From the NCBI GenBank assembly GCA_035429925.1, contig DAOMFS010000005.1, forward strand, positions 15,904 to 79,903: a stretch of 64,000 nucleotides of DNA, written 5' to 3'. The notes under the pieces were generated by a model. It saw only the letters and a program-made list of their open reading frames with translations, was not told where the DNA came from and did no database searches. The DNA comes from Bacteroidia bacterium. Lineage in GTDB: Bacteria; Bacteroidota; Bacteroidia; B-17B0; Aurantibacillaceae. The translations under genes and the position numbers were made by a program. Below are positions 1 to 9,894 of the stretch, one piece after another. Within the stretch, counting starts at the first letter, position 1, and the number at the start of each line of letters is the position of its first letter.

Positions 1-1545
1 ACACTCACGCACGAAGTAGGACACTGGCTGGGATTACGCCACACATGGGGCGATGGTAATTGTTATTCAGATTACGTAAATGACACCCCCTGGGCTAAAA
101 TGGAAAACACGGGCTGCCCTGCCTCCCCCGCCTATATAGACCGTTGTGGTGTGGGACAGAGCCCCTATGGAGAAATGACCATGAATTTTATGGACGGGAC
201 CAACGATGCCTGCAAGTATATGTTTACGCCAGGACAAAACATCCGCATGCAAACCGCGCTAAGCCAATGCAATTACAGAAATGCGCTGGGAACACACAAT
301 TTGTGTCCGGCTTCCACCTCAGCCGCTGTTGCTGCCACTGCCGGGTTCAGTCTCAATTCCACACCATGTATTGGTACACCGTTTACACCCTTCAACACGT
401 CTAACGGCAACCCGCCTCCCACCTACATCTGGAGCTCAACCCCACCCATGGTATTCAATCCGGCACCCTCTGTGGCCAATCCCGCTATTTCTATCACAAC
501 ACCTGGTTCGTATACCCTGTCACTGATCGCCACCAACTCCTTGTCCTCATCCACCTTTACCATGGTGATCAATTCTGTAACCACATGTCCCTTCTCCTCT
601 GCCTGCATCGATACGCTTCGTCCCATCAAAACAACCGATACCCTGAAAACATATTCTGCACCAAACAATAGTCTGGTGATAGGCTGTCAGACCGGATTTG
701 CAGGCTTTCTGACCGGAACAAACTGTTATAAGGACAAGGAATTCGCACAGTTCTTTGCGCCCGGTTCCTACACATCAACCCCAGCACCACAAATAAATGC
801 CGTGATCGTTCTGTTCGACAGCGTGGGTACTAAAAATGGCAGCGGAAACCAGGCCATACCAATAACCTGCAAGATATACGGCGGTAACATCACAGCCGGA
901 CCAGGCGCCCAGATTGGCGCGAAAAGCGACAGCCTCTACAAGATCATCAACAAACCGAAAACCTACACGGTCTCATATGCAGGAGTACCCGGCTACGTGA
1001 CACCGACCAAAATGATTCCCTTCCGGTTCGACTTCGCGAGCCCGGTTATTGTGAACAACAACACCGGATTCTTCGCGGCTGTTGATGCACCTTACTTTTC
1101 GCCTCAGGATTCTATCAAAATATACAGCAGCCAGAAAGCACAAACCAGTCTCGACTCCAACGCCTGGTTCTTGCAATTCAGCAACAACTGGAAAACCTTC
1201 CGGTATTTCAGAAATTCGAAAATTCAGTTGGGCATTATCCCCATCATCACCTGCAGTCCCATTTCCGGCTTGTCGGAATTAAACAATTCACTGGAGAACT
1301 ACGTACAGTTTATGCCCAATCCAAGCAACGGGCAGTTTAACCTGGTGCTTACCCTTCCACAGGCCGGGGATCTGGATCTCAGGATATACAACACCCTTGG
1401 GCGCGAGATCACAAGAACGCGCCTGCTCAATGTAAACAACAATGTATTTAATATTGACCTAAGCACAGAATGCGATGGCATTTATTTCGCCGAGATCAGC
1501 AATGGTCAGCACAGACTGGTACGAAAACTGGTGCTCAGCCATTGA
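1..1545 (+). CDS. M43 (pappalysin/cytophagalysin-like) zinc metalloprotease with T9SS C-terminal sorting domain; 5' end cut by window edge
   Basis: Frame 1 is open from nt 1 and reads TLTHEVGHWLGLRHTWGD (HExxHxxGxxH zinc motif), in frame with and upstream of the ATG at 100 used by the ORF track. The C-terminus (MPNPSNGQFNLVL...GIYFAEISNG...LVLSH) looks like a Por_Secre_tail CTD. Paralogous to 9895-12051. Confidence 0.8.
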   Translation, partial: TLTHEVGHWLGLRHTWGDGNCYSDYVNDTPWAKMENTGCPASPAYIDRCGVGQSPYGEMTMNFMDGTNDACKYMFTPGQNIRMQTALSQCNYRNALGTHNLCPASTSAAVAATAGFSLNSTPCIGTPFTPFNTSNGNPPPTYIWSSTPPMVFNPAPSVANPAISITTPGSYTLSLIATNSLSSSTFTMVINSVTTCPFSSACIDTLRPIKTTDTLKTYSAPNNSLVIGCQTGFAGFLTGTNCYKDKEFAQFFAPGSYTSTPAPQINAVIVLFDSVGTKNGSGNQAIPITCKIYGGNITAGPGAQIGAKSDSLYKIINKPKTYTVSYAGVPGYVTPTKMIPFRFDFASPVIVNNNTGFFAAVDAPYFSPQDSIKIYSSQKAQTSLDSNAWFLQFSNNWKTFRYFRNSKIQLGIIPIITCSPISGLSELNNSLENYVQFMPNPSNGQFNLVLTLPQAGDLDLRIYNTLGREITRTRLLNVNNNVFNIDLSTECDGIYFAEISNGQHRLVRKLVLSH

Positions 1546-1558
1546 GATAAAATAAATT

Positions 1559-1583
1559 AAAACCCGCTCCGGCGGGTTTTTTT
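1559..1583 (+). terminator. rho-independent terminator
   Basis: AAACCCGC-TCCG-GCGGGTTT hairpin followed by a T7 run, 15 nt after the stop at 1545. Confidence 0.65.
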
Positions 1584-1618
1584 CTGCAATTCATTTATCT
1601 TAGGCACATAAACGCGAT

Positions 1619-2470
1619 ATGAAAGTCTACGCTGTAAATGCAGGTCATTTTAAACTTGACGGGGGTGCCATGTTTGGTGTGGTGCCCAAAAGCATATGGA
1701 ACAAACTCAATCCGGCCGATGCAAACAACATGTGCAGCTGGGCCATGCGCTGCCTGCTGATCGAGGATGGCAAACGCCTGATCCTGGTGGATAATGGCGT
1801 GGGTAACAAACAGGATGACAAGTTCTTTTCATACTATTACCTGCACGGCGAAGACACACTCGAAAAATCATTGCGGCGTTACGGCTTTACAGCAAACGAC
1901 ATCACCGACGTGATACTCACCCACCTGCATTTCGACCATTGCGGGGGCAGCATTGAATACAACAGTGACAAGAGTAAATTACAACCTGCTTTTAAGAACG
2001 CCATCTTTTACAGCAACGAGAAACACTGGAACTGGGCCGTACAACCCAATGCACGCGAGAAAGCCAGTTTTCTGAAAGAGAACATCCTTCCCATTCAGGA
2101 GAGCGGACAACTGAAATTCCTTGATCCTTCAAAGGAATTCGCCCCTGGCATTTCTTTTCTGGAAGTAAACGGACACACCGAATCCATGATGCTGCCACTT
2201 GTGAAACAGGGCCAAAACACACTGGCGTACATGGCTGACCTCATTCCGAGTTCACACCACCTGCCCTTACCCTATGTGATGGCATACGACACACGCCCCC
2301 TGGAAACCCTGAAAGAAAAACAGCTTATTCTGAACAGGGCCCTTGAAGAAAACTGGACCCTTATGTTTGAACACGACCCCGCTGTGGAATGTGTTCAACT
2401 GGAAAGGACAGAAAGAGGCATTCGTGCTAAAATGACCTTGAGAACAGATGAGTTGAATCAGCATCACTAA
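1619..2470 (+). CDS. MBL-fold metallo-hydrolase
   Basis: 283-aa ORF containing the THLHFDHCGG (HxHxDH) metallo-beta-lactamase-fold motif. Confidence 0.8.
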   Translation: MKVYAVNAGHFKLDGGAMFGVVPKSIWNKLNPADANNMCSWAMRCLLIEDGKRLILVDNGVGNKQDDKFFSYYYLHGEDTLEKSLRRYGFTANDITDVILTHLHFDHCGGSIEYNSDKSKLQPAFKNAIFYSNEKHWNWAVQPNAREKASFLKENILPIQESGQLKFLDPSKEFAPGISFLEVNGHTESMMLPLVKQGQNTLAYMADLIPSSHHLPLPYVMAYDTRPLETLKEKQLILNRALEENWTLMFEHDPAVECVQLERTERGIRAKMTLRTDELNQHH

Positions 2471-2525
2471 TTTCTTTGCGCCAAACCAGGAAATTCCTAA
2501 TGTCACAAACCTGCAAATTATCAGT

Positions 2526-3194
2526 ATGAGAAATTTTACAGCTTTTGGAGTTTTGTTAATCTCCTTATCGGGTCTTGGATTGTATTTTTTTCTAAGAACA
2601 AAAGATAATCTCCCCGCACCTGAAATTTGCTTCGTCAGTGTGGATGCTGAAAGCCGATTTAATACAATTCATTGGAAGAAGCGTGATTACATAGATGCGG
2701 AACAGTTTATTGTGTACAGGAGAACTGGTTTTTTTTCTGGATATGATGAAGTTGCCAGACTTGATGCTTCAATAGATGACTTCACCGACGATTACAATAA
2801 AACACCGGGCTTAAAAAAAGGAGACCCGAACCAGGAGAGCAACTCTTACAAGATCGCGTATCTGAACAGAAACGGCGAGATGAGCGAACTGAGTCCTTAC
2901 CACAGCAGTATTTTCTTGCAACACATCGGAAACGGAAATTTTGAATGGAATTATTATAAGACCGGCGATAAGGGTGAGTTGAGAATTGATTACAATCTGG
3001 TAAAAGTGAATCCGGATACTCAGGATACAATACCGGTATGTACTGTTCAAACGGATCATGCTTCTGATCCGGATTACAACAATACCGATGCGATCAACTA
3101 CATCTACTTTGTATTGGTCAATTCAAATTGTGCAGACAATTTGGGTGTTTTGGGCAGCCGTAACCGAACCAAGAGTAATAACACCAACGAATAG
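2526..3194 (+). CDS. hypothetical membrane-anchored protein
   Basis: Uninterrupted 222-aa ORF filling its own slot. It has an N-terminal hydrophobic segment (FGVLLISLSGLGLYFF) and no recognisable catalytic motif. Confidence 0.5.
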   Translation: MRNFTAFGVLLISLSGLGLYFFLRTKDNLPAPEICFVSVDAESRFNTIHWKKRDYIDAEQFIVYRRTGFFSGYDEVARLDASIDDFTDDYNKTPGLKKGDPNQESNSYKIAYLNRNGEMSELSPYHSSIFLQHIGNGNFEWNYYKTGDKGELRIDYNLVKVNPDTQDTIPVCTVQTDHASDPDYNNTDAINYIYFVLVNSNCADNLGVLGSRNRTKSNNTNE

Positions 3195-3326
3195 ATGAAT
3201 GTGAACATAAAGCAGAGGCCCATTGCTCATCTAAAAAATGCTAAAATCAGATCAACAGGTAATTTGCTTGATGAACGGTAAAACAAAGGATTGATGTATC
3301 CCTTACTTTCGTACAAAACGCCAGCC

Positions 3327-4028
3327 ATGAAAAAAAGTCTGACCCTCCTGAGTTTGATCGCCCTCGTATCGCTTGCATCAGCTCAAAATCCAAAATTTTA
3401 TTTCGAAGCTAAAAAACAAAAGACCATACAGCATGAGGAGCTGGACAAGGCCAGGAACCTGAGTGACCTGATGCCCGACTTCCCGGTCTTGTGGATCACA
3501 GAAATACAGCAGACAGAACTGGAAAGCGCGTATGAGGGCAAAAGCATATTGGCCACCGGTACAGGATCACTTTTAAGCGCTGAACAGAAAAAGCTGCTGC
3601 AGGCCACAGCCCTTAACAGCGAATTAAAACTCAAAGTAAAATACACTTATAAAAACCCGGTCAACGGAAACCCCGAAGCCCAAACCATGAAATATAACAC
3701 CGAAGTGGTGCCTTTTAAACCGGCTGAGTTTACCGGCGGGTATGAAAAGCTGAATGAAGTGATGAGCAAGGCCATGAACGGGGCCCTTTCCGATCCATAC
3801 AGCCACGAAAAGTTCAAACAGGTTAAAGCCTCATTGTACATCAACGAAAAAGGCGAGGTTGAAGATTGCAGTATCATCAAATCTTCGGGTAGCGCTAAGA
3901 TCGATCAGCTGTTTTTGGACACCATCAAAGCCATGCCCACCTGGAAAGCCGCCGAGGACGCCAAAGGCAACAAGGTGAAAGAACGTTTTGAATTCAGCTT
4001 CAATGCCATGGCGGCAGGGGGTTGTTGA
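3327..4028 (+). CDS. secreted protein with TonB-C-terminal-like domain
   Basis: The signal peptide MKKSLTLLSLIALVSLASAQ starts at internal ATG 3327, so the track's TTG at 3291 is less likely. The C-terminal ~90 aa (PAEFTGGYEKL...KGEVEDCSIIKSSG...LFLDTIKAMPTWKAAEDAKGNKV) resemble the TonB_C fold pattern. Confidence 0.45.
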   Translation: MKKSLTLLSLIALVSLASAQNPKFYFEAKKQKTIQHEELDKARNLSDLMPDFPVLWITEIQQTELESAYEGKSILATGTGSLLSAEQKKLLQATALNSELKLKVKYTYKNPVNGNPEAQTMKYNTEVVPFKPAEFTGGYEKLNEVMSKAMNGALSDPYSHEKFKQVKASLYINEKGEVEDCSIIKSSGSAKIDQLFLDTIKAMPTWKAAEDAKGNKVKERFEFSFNAMAAGGC

Positions 4029-4089
4029 TTGCAGGTATGCACTAAAGTGTATTTCACTGAAAAACTTCAGTAATTTTGGTAAATACACC

Positions 4090-4989
4090 ATGAGATCATA
4101 CCTAAGCCTGTTATTTATTAATCTACTGATTTGTTCTGAAGCTCAGATCCCCAATTTCAGTTTTGAGAACTGGACCTCCATGGGAACATATGAGAATCCC
4201 GATGCCTGGGCTACCCTGAACAACAGCACAGCTCAGAGCGGAACATTTACAGCCACAAAAGGCAGCCCCGGAAACCCGGGTAATTATTACCTCAAACTCA
4301 CCTCAAGAACAACAGGCACCACCGTGGTTGGGGCCATTGCAATAAGCGGACAACTCGACAGCATCAACCACCAACCCAAATGCGGATTTCCTTTTAACCA
4401 GGTGCCTTTGGCTTTCACCGGCCGCTGGCAACACATGATCTATGGTAGCACCCAGGGTTCGGTAAGGGTACTTTTGACAAAATACGACCAGAACCTGAGC
4501 CAAAGAAAAGTTATTGCCACCGCCAGTGTTAACCTGGTGGGCATGGCCATGAGCTGGGCTAATTTTTCCATCAACTTCAACTATACCGATTCTGTATTGC
4601 CTGACAGTTGCATGATCATTCTCAGGGCCAGCGGCGCTGTTCCAGCCAACAACGATTACCTCTGGGTGGATAACCTGGGATTTAGCGGAACACTCACACT
4701 TCCAGACCCCGCCGCTCTGGAAGAAAACGGCATGTCTTCCCCGGCTCTTTCCATTTATCCCCAACCAGTGTGTGATTTCCTCAATATTGTTTTTCCGGAC
4801 GAATTTGGTAATAAGGCAGAGATCAGGCTTTACGAACTCTCTGGTTCCTGTGTTCTGCATTCAAGCGCTGTTGCAGAATTCAGGTCATCTCCAGTGCGTT
4901 TGGATCTCTCCGGGATTAAACCCGGGCTTTACCAACTTGTACTCGAGGGGGAAGCTTTGCACCAGGCTATCCGAGTGCTTAAAGAATAG
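4090..4989 (+). CDS. T9SS C-terminal-domain secreted protein, function unknown
   Basis: Signal peptide MRSYLSLLFINLLICSEAQ at ATG 4090. The C-terminus (LSIYPQPVCDFLNIVF...GLYQLVLEGEA...RVLKE) resembles a T9SS CTD. Confidence 0.65.
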   Translation: MRSYLSLLFINLLICSEAQIPNFSFENWTSMGTYENPDAWATLNNSTAQSGTFTATKGSPGNPGNYYLKLTSRTTGTTVVGAIAISGQLDSINHQPKCGFPFNQVPLAFTGRWQHMIYGSTQGSVRVLLTKYDQNLSQRKVIATASVNLVGMAMSWANFSINFNYTDSVLPDSCMIILRASGAVPANNDYLWVDNLGFSGTLTLPDPAALEENGMSSPALSIYPQPVCDFLNIVFPDEFGNKAEIRLYELSGSCVLHSSAVAEFRSSPVRLDLSGIKPGLYQLVLEGEALHQAIRVLKE

Positions 4990-5005
4990 GATTCCGCTCT
5001 GTCAT

Positions 5006-5596
5006 TCAGAAAATTATCCTGATCAGGGTTTTGAAAATTATCCTGAGGTCAGTAAAAAACCCAGCCTCCATGATGTATTTCCTGTTCAGTTCGAGTTTGG
5101 CTGGCATCACTTCATTGATATAGGTTTGCTCAGGATCAGCAGAACCCGCCAGCAATTCGTTTTCATGCATGTATTCCAGCGAGGCGTAATCTGTAATGCC
5201 GGGCTTCACATTCAAAACGCGTTTTTGATCATCGGAATACATTTCCACATATTTACGGACTTCCGGTCTCGGACCCACCAGGCTCATGCTCCCGTTGAGC
5301 ACATTCAGGAGCTGGGGCAATTCATCCAGTTTAAATTTTCTGAGATAATAGCCAATGCGGGTCACACGCGGATCACGACCGCCAACAGTCAATAACCCCA
5401 TTTGATCCGAAAGGGGTTTCATGGTTCTGAATTTGTAGAGGTAAAAATCTTTGTTCTGGCGTCCAACTCTCAATTGCCTGTAAAGAACTCCTCCACGGGA
5501 ATCCAGCACGATCAAAAGAGAAATGATGAGAAAAAGCGGGAAAAGCACAAGGAGTCCGGCCAATGAAAACACTATGTCCAGAACCCTTTTCAGCAT
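5006..5596 (-). CDS. sugar phosphotransferase (bacterial sugar transferase family, PglC/WbaP-C-like)
   Basis: N-terminal TM helix, then YRQLRVGRQNKDFYLYKFRTM and DELPQLLNVLNGSMSLVGPRPE, the hallmark motifs of monotopic phosphoglycosyl transferases. Confidence 0.85.
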   Translation of the reverse strand: MLKRVLDIVFSLAGLLVLFPLFLIISLLIVLDSRGGVLYRQLRVGRQNKDFYLYKFRTMKPLSDQMGLLTVGGRDPRVTRIGYYLRKFKLDELPQLLNVLNGSMSLVGPRPEVRKYVEMYSDDQKRVLNVKPGITDYASLEYMHENELLAGSADPEQTYINEVMPAKLELNRKYIMEAGFFTDLRIIFKTLIRIIF

Positions 5597-6795
5597 ACCT
5601 GATTCACCGCATGCAATAAAGCCTTCACCACGAGTTGAATGTTTTCATCGCTCAGGTCATAATACAGGGGCAGTGTAATCTCCCGTTCATATGAATTCTG
5701 TGTCACTGGGTAGTTCTTCATGTTGTATCCCAAACCCTTATAAAAACTCATGCCGGGTACAGGCTGAAAATGCACATTCACACTCACACTTTGGTCAAAA
5801 ATGAATTGCATGATCTTATCGCGCTGTTCTTCGGTGATGCCTTTAATCCTTAAGGGATAAAGGTGATAAGAACTCTCCCGGTTTTCATCTTTGAACACAG
5901 GCAATTGAAAACGCTCGTCTTTTGCCAGCAAGGCATTGTACCGTTCAGCGATTTCCCTGCGCCGTGGCAATGTATCCCTGTCATAACGTTCCAGTTCAAC
6001 AAGTCCTATGGCTGCTGCGATGTCCGTCATGTTGCATTTGTATCCGGCTTCAACTATATCGTATTTCCAGTTACCAACCTGTGTTTTTGCCAGGGCATCC
6101 TTGTTTTGACCATGCAGCGTTTTAATGCAAAGCAGTTTGTAAATTGCTTCGTTGTCAAATGGTTCAGGCAGATTCAGCGCAACCGCACCGCCTTCAGCCG
6201 TGGTAAGGTTCTTCACCGCATGAAATGAGAACACGCTCACATCCGTGAGCACGCCTGCCTTTTTTCCATGAAAGGACGCACCGAAAGAATGGGCTGAATC
6301 ACTGAGGACCAAAATACGGCCGAGTTGTTCCTGTTCCTTGCCTTGCGCTTTAAAAAGGTGAGCCTTTTCTTTGGCGAGTTTGTTGATCGCCGTATAATCG
6401 CAGGGCAATCCTGCAAAGTCAACCGGCATAATCACTTTGGTTGACGCGTTGATCGCTTTTTCTATGGCCCTCACACTGATGTTGAAATCATCAGGATTCA
6501 CATCCACAAAAACAGGTTTTGCACCACAATGCACAATCACATTTGCCGTGGCCGAATAGGTATAAGCCGGTAAGATCACTTCGTCACCTTCCTTCACCCC
6601 AAACCAGCGCAGCATGATCTCTAATCCTGCTGTGGCCGAATTCAGCGCCAGGGTGTTTTGATTCCCGCAATACGCGCTCAGGTTTTTTTCAAACTGTTTG
6701 GTTCTGGGTCCGGTGGTGATCCAGCCGCTCTTCAGGGCCTTTACAACTTCTTCGCAGATCTTGTCATCAATTCGGGGTGGTGAAAACGGTAACAT
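5590..6795 (-). CDS. DegT/DnrJ/EryC1/StrS-family PLP aminotransferase (nucleotide-sugar aminotransferase)
   Basis: 401 aa with the typical N-terminus (FSPPRI...GWITTGPRTKQFE) and SFHAVKNLTTAEGG (PLP-lysine motif). Its stop overlaps the sugar transferase start by 7 nt. Confidence 0.85.
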   Translation of the reverse strand: MLPFSPPRIDDKICEEVVKALKSGWITTGPRTKQFEKNLSAYCGNQNTLALNSATAGLEIMLRWFGVKEGDEVILPAYTYSATANVIVHCGAKPVFVDVNPDDFNISVRAIEKAINASTKVIMPVDFAGLPCDYTAINKLAKEKAHLFKAQGKEQEQLGRILVLSDSAHSFGASFHGKKAGVLTDVSVFSFHAVKNLTTAEGGAVALNLPEPFDNEAIYKLLCIKTLHGQNKDALAKTQVGNWKYDIVEAGYKCNMTDIAAAIGLVELERYDRDTLPRRREIAERYNALLAKDERFQLPVFKDENRESSYHLYPLRIKGITEEQRDKIMQFIFDQSVSVNVHFQPVPGMSFYKGLGYNMKNYPVTQNSYEREITLPLYYDLSDENIQLVVKALLHAVNQVC

Positions 6796-6804
6796 ATGTT
6801 TTAC

Positions 6805-7797
6805 TTATAAAATATTGACCTGGGTCGCGCCAAAGCCATAGGTTTTGTAGGAGGCGTCGTGAAAGCTTATGCCGGGTGTATGTCTGAGTATTGATAAAAT
6901 CTCCTGTTTAAGTCTCCCGTTTCCCACGCCATGAATGAACACGATTTTTTTCAGGTGTTTTGCAATAGCCTGGTCCAGTTCCTTGTGAAAGCGGTCCATT
7001 TGTATTTTCAGCATCTCGTGTTTGCCCAATCCGTTAAGCGAGTCAACCAGTTCTTCAATGTGCAGATCAACTTCTTTTTCCAGGTTTTTCAGGTGCGCTT
7101 TGTTTGATTTCGAAACAGGTGCGTTCCACCCGCGCTCCTTCAACCTGTTCAAGCGCTCCACATCCTCAGGCTTAAGTTCCCGTTCAATGGTCTGAACCGT
7201 TGAAAAATCATCTTTCAATAAAAAGGCGTAAACAGGCTTTTCAAACTCAGGATGCTGAATGGCCTGATTTTGATGAAGCACCTGCTCGTTGATCAGCACT
7301 GTTTCCGAGACCGGCAACTGTGACTTGAAATGGCTGTTCTTGTAAAACACAATATCAAGCCGGTGGTAAGGGTATTCTTTTAAAAAATCAGGCTTGAATG
7401 TTTTGAGCAGGGTTTTCTGGTATGGTCCGGCCTCACCATGCTTGATACATTGATAATGTGCTCCTTCACGCAATGAATATGTAAACAAAAGGTGATAAGA
7501 AGAGGCATTGTACAAATACAAGCGATAATCGCTCATCAGAGACCTTAACTCATGATCGGGCTCCAGCATCAGAAAAAGAGAGTCGTTGAGTTTTGCTTCC
7601 GGGTCCAGATCCAGATTCTCGCTGTCTTTCTCCAGGATGAGTTCGGTATGGATTGGCACAAGCTGTTTAACCGGAAAGGGTATCTCAAATCCATCTTCCA
7701 TTTCCACAAAAACGGTGTTCTTATCCTTGATGCGCGACACCAGGCCCTCACCCACTTCATTCAAAAATCTAACCTTATCTCCTATTCTCAGTTTCAT
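6805..7797 (-). CDS. Smr-domain protein (DUF2027-like N-terminus plus C-terminal Smr)
   Basis: The C-terminus (KIVFIHGVGNGRLKQEILSIL...YGFGATQVNI) matches the Smr/MutS2-C nuclease domain pattern. Confidence 0.7.
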   Translation of the reverse strand: MKLRIGDKVRFLNEVGEGLVSRIKDKNTVFVEMEDGFEIPFPVKQLVPIHTELILEKDSENLDLDPEAKLNDSLFLMLEPDHELRSLMSDYRLYLYNASSYHLLFTYSLREGAHYQCIKHGEAGPYQKTLLKTFKPDFLKEYPYHRLDIVFYKNSHFKSQLPVSETVLINEQVLHQNQAIQHPEFEKPVYAFLLKDDFSTVQTIERELKPEDVERLNRLKERGWNAPVSKSNKAHLKNLEKEVDLHIEELVDSLNGLGKHEMLKIQMDRFHKELDQAIAKHLKKIVFIHGVGNGRLKQEILSILRHTPGISFHDASYKTYGFGATQVNIL

Positions 7798-9830
7798 GGT
7801 TTTCTGTATACAAAGGCTCCCTGGTTTCGGGTATCATAATGTAAAAGGCCAAATTTACGACATAATTCCGCTGTGGCGCGACTTGCCCTATAGGTGTTTG
7901 AGGCATCAGTGATGATTATTTTAAGCCTGGGATAAGACGCAAGCAGGTCTTCCGAAAGCCTCGCGTTCATACTAAGCACCAGCATGATCACATTTTGCCT
8001 TTCTGTCGTTTGGGGTATTTCGGATCCTTTCAAAATAAGGCATTGAAGCCCATTGACCGCCATGGCATTAAAGGTACCAGCCATGGCGAGAGGATCACCG
8101 AGTTCAATCAAATGAGGCCTGATCAGACGCTGAAAATCCGAACTATCGGATATGCTGTAAAAGAATGTCCTGCCCTGCTTCAGGGAAAAAGCCGATGTCC
8201 TCCTGCCGGCATACACACAAATCTGATCTTTGCTCTCGGCCTTCAGCCTGTCTCGAAGAGAACTGAGCTGCCAGGCTGTAAAAACAAGTAAGCTCATGAC
8301 CACCGCAACAAATCTCCGGTTTTCGAGACTCATGCTTACCAGAAGTATGAGTAAACTAATCCAGACAGCGTCCTGCATACTGAAGCGTATTCTGTCGATA
8401 TAGGCAAGCGATTCTGCATTAAACAGGCTGATAAACTTGATCAAATATTTAACGAGTAAGTTAAGAAACACATTCAACCAGTTAAGGTGCATTAAGGCGG
8501 GCAGGGCTAAGAGCATGATAACAAAGCTGCCTGGTATCACCACCAGATTCGCCAGGAAAAACCATACAGGAAACTGATGAAAATAAAAAAGGGTGAAAGG
8601 CAAGGTACTCAGTGTAGCCGAGAAGGATGCAGTGCAACTTTTCCATATCCACAAAACGATGGTATGCTGAGGCGACCAAAGTGAGGCGATCAGAGGCTCG
8701 AAATAAATCAGTCCGAATAAGGCCGCGAAACTGAGTTGAAACCCGACTTCAGAAATAAAATACGGTTGAAACACCAGCAGAATAAATGCCGATACAAATA
8801 GCAGGTTCAGCTGATTACGCCTGTCGTTGCGAAAGAAAATTGATCCGATGCCAAACAGGCTGAGCATGAGTACAGCCCTTAGTACGGGTGCTGAAAGCCC
8901 TATTAATAAAGCGAAGGCCCAAAGTATGGAAGTGATGAGTATGAATTTTGTGAGTTTATATTGACGCGATCTGTCGAACAGATCGAACAAGAAAGACAGA
9001 AAGGCATAGATGAGTCCGGTGTGCAAACCCGAAACCGACAAAACATGCAGGGTTCCTGAATGTGCAAATGCCTGAATGATGTCCTGATCCACCTCTTCAT
9101 CAAAACCGCAAAGTAAGGCCATACAAACCGAAGCCGATTCCTGGTTTAAGCCAGAACTTTTCAGGCGTTCCACGATCCACTGTTTACATTGTAAGGCTAA
9201 ATGTGAAATGGAATTCCACGACTTTGCGTTCGGTAAGCGCGAATAGCCTGAGCTGTCGGAAAAAAGAAGGTGATAGATCCCCCGATTGCGCAGATACGAT
9301 TTGTAATCAAACGCACCGGGATTCATCTGCCCTTCTGGTCCTGTTAACTTCACTTGAAAATGCAGCACATCCCCGGCCCTGAGGTTAAAAGCGCTGTTCT
9401 GTTTTTTCAGGTAAGCGATGAGTTTTCCGCTGGAAGCAAAGTGTTTTCCGTTTTGTCCGCAGGCCAGAACATCCAGTTGAAGTTTCAGGCTTTTGGTCTT
9501 TTCGGATGGTACATCACTGATCCGGCAGACCAGATTAAGCGGCTTGCCTGTATCGATCAGATTGCCATAATAGAACTTGTGGTATTCAACCGTGTTTAAC
9601 TGAACCAGACTCATGCCATAGAGAAAGAGGCAAACATCGGCCAAGAAAAGAAATGTTCTTCTGAACCTCTTCCATGCCGGTATCAGGAATAGCAAGATCA
9701 CCAGAAAAGTTACAGCCATGCTGAGCCAGACCAGTTCAGGTTGGTTTTGCCGAATGAAGAGCGCGAGGAGAATGCCTGAAAGCAGGGGAATAAGCAATCT
9801 CAGGAAAGGGACCTGTCGGAACCAATTCAT
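7794..9830 (-). CDS. comEC: ComEC/Rec2-family competence membrane protein
   Basis: 678-aa polytopic membrane protein with AFAHSGTLHVLSVSGLHTG, the conserved competence-domain motif. I saw no C-terminal HxHxDH MBL domain. Confidence 0.8.
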   Translation of the reverse strand: MNWFRQVPFLRLLIPLLSGILLALFIRQNQPELVWLSMAVTFLVILLFLIPAWKRFRRTFLFLADVCLFLYGMSLVQLNTVEYHKFYYGNLIDTGKPLNLVCRISDVPSEKTKSLKLQLDVLACGQNGKHFASSGKLIAYLKKQNSAFNLRAGDVLHFQVKLTGPEGQMNPGAFDYKSYLRNRGIYHLLFSDSSGYSRLPNAKSWNSISHLALQCKQWIVERLKSSGLNQESASVCMALLCGFDEEVDQDIIQAFAHSGTLHVLSVSGLHTGLIYAFLSFLFDLFDRSRQYKLTKFILITSILWAFALLIGLSAPVLRAVLMLSLFGIGSIFFRNDRRNQLNLLFVSAFILLVFQPYFISEVGFQLSFAALFGLIYFEPLIASLWSPQHTIVLWIWKSCTASFSATLSTLPFTLFYFHQFPVWFFLANLVVIPGSFVIMLLALPALMHLNWLNVFLNLLVKYLIKFISLFNAESLAYIDRIRFSMQDAVWISLLILLVSMSLENRRFVAVVMSLLVFTAWQLSSLRDRLKAESKDQICVYAGRRTSAFSLKQGRTFFYSISDSSDFQRLIRPHLIELGDPLAMAGTFNAMAVNGLQCLILKGSEIPQTTERQNVIMLVLSMNARLSEDLLASYPRLKIIITDASNTYRASRATAELCRKFGLLHYDTRNQGAFVYRKP

Positions 9831-9841
9831 GGATTAAAGAT

Positions 9842-9875
9842 AAAAAAACCCGTTCAGCAGAAGCCAAACGGGTTT
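9842..9875 (-). terminator. rho-independent terminator of the M43 protease gene
   Basis: On the minus strand, AAACCCGTT-(12 nt loop)-AACGGGTTT is followed by T7, 20 nt after the stop at 9895. Confidence 0.55.
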
Positions 9876-9894
9876 AAATGGGGAAACGGAAATC

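Noticed and set aside
100-102. ATG at 100 as the start of the first CDS, as given by the ORF track.
   Set aside because: The same frame is open from nt 1 and encodes the HEVGHWLGLRH zinc-binding motif upstream of this Met, so the gene starts before the window.
4303-5395. ORFs 4303-4860 (minus, 185 aa) and 4772-5395 (plus, 207 aa).
   Set aside because: The first is antisense to the CTD-bearing gene at 4090-4989. The second lies opposite the sugar transferase gene. Neither has a recognisable motif.
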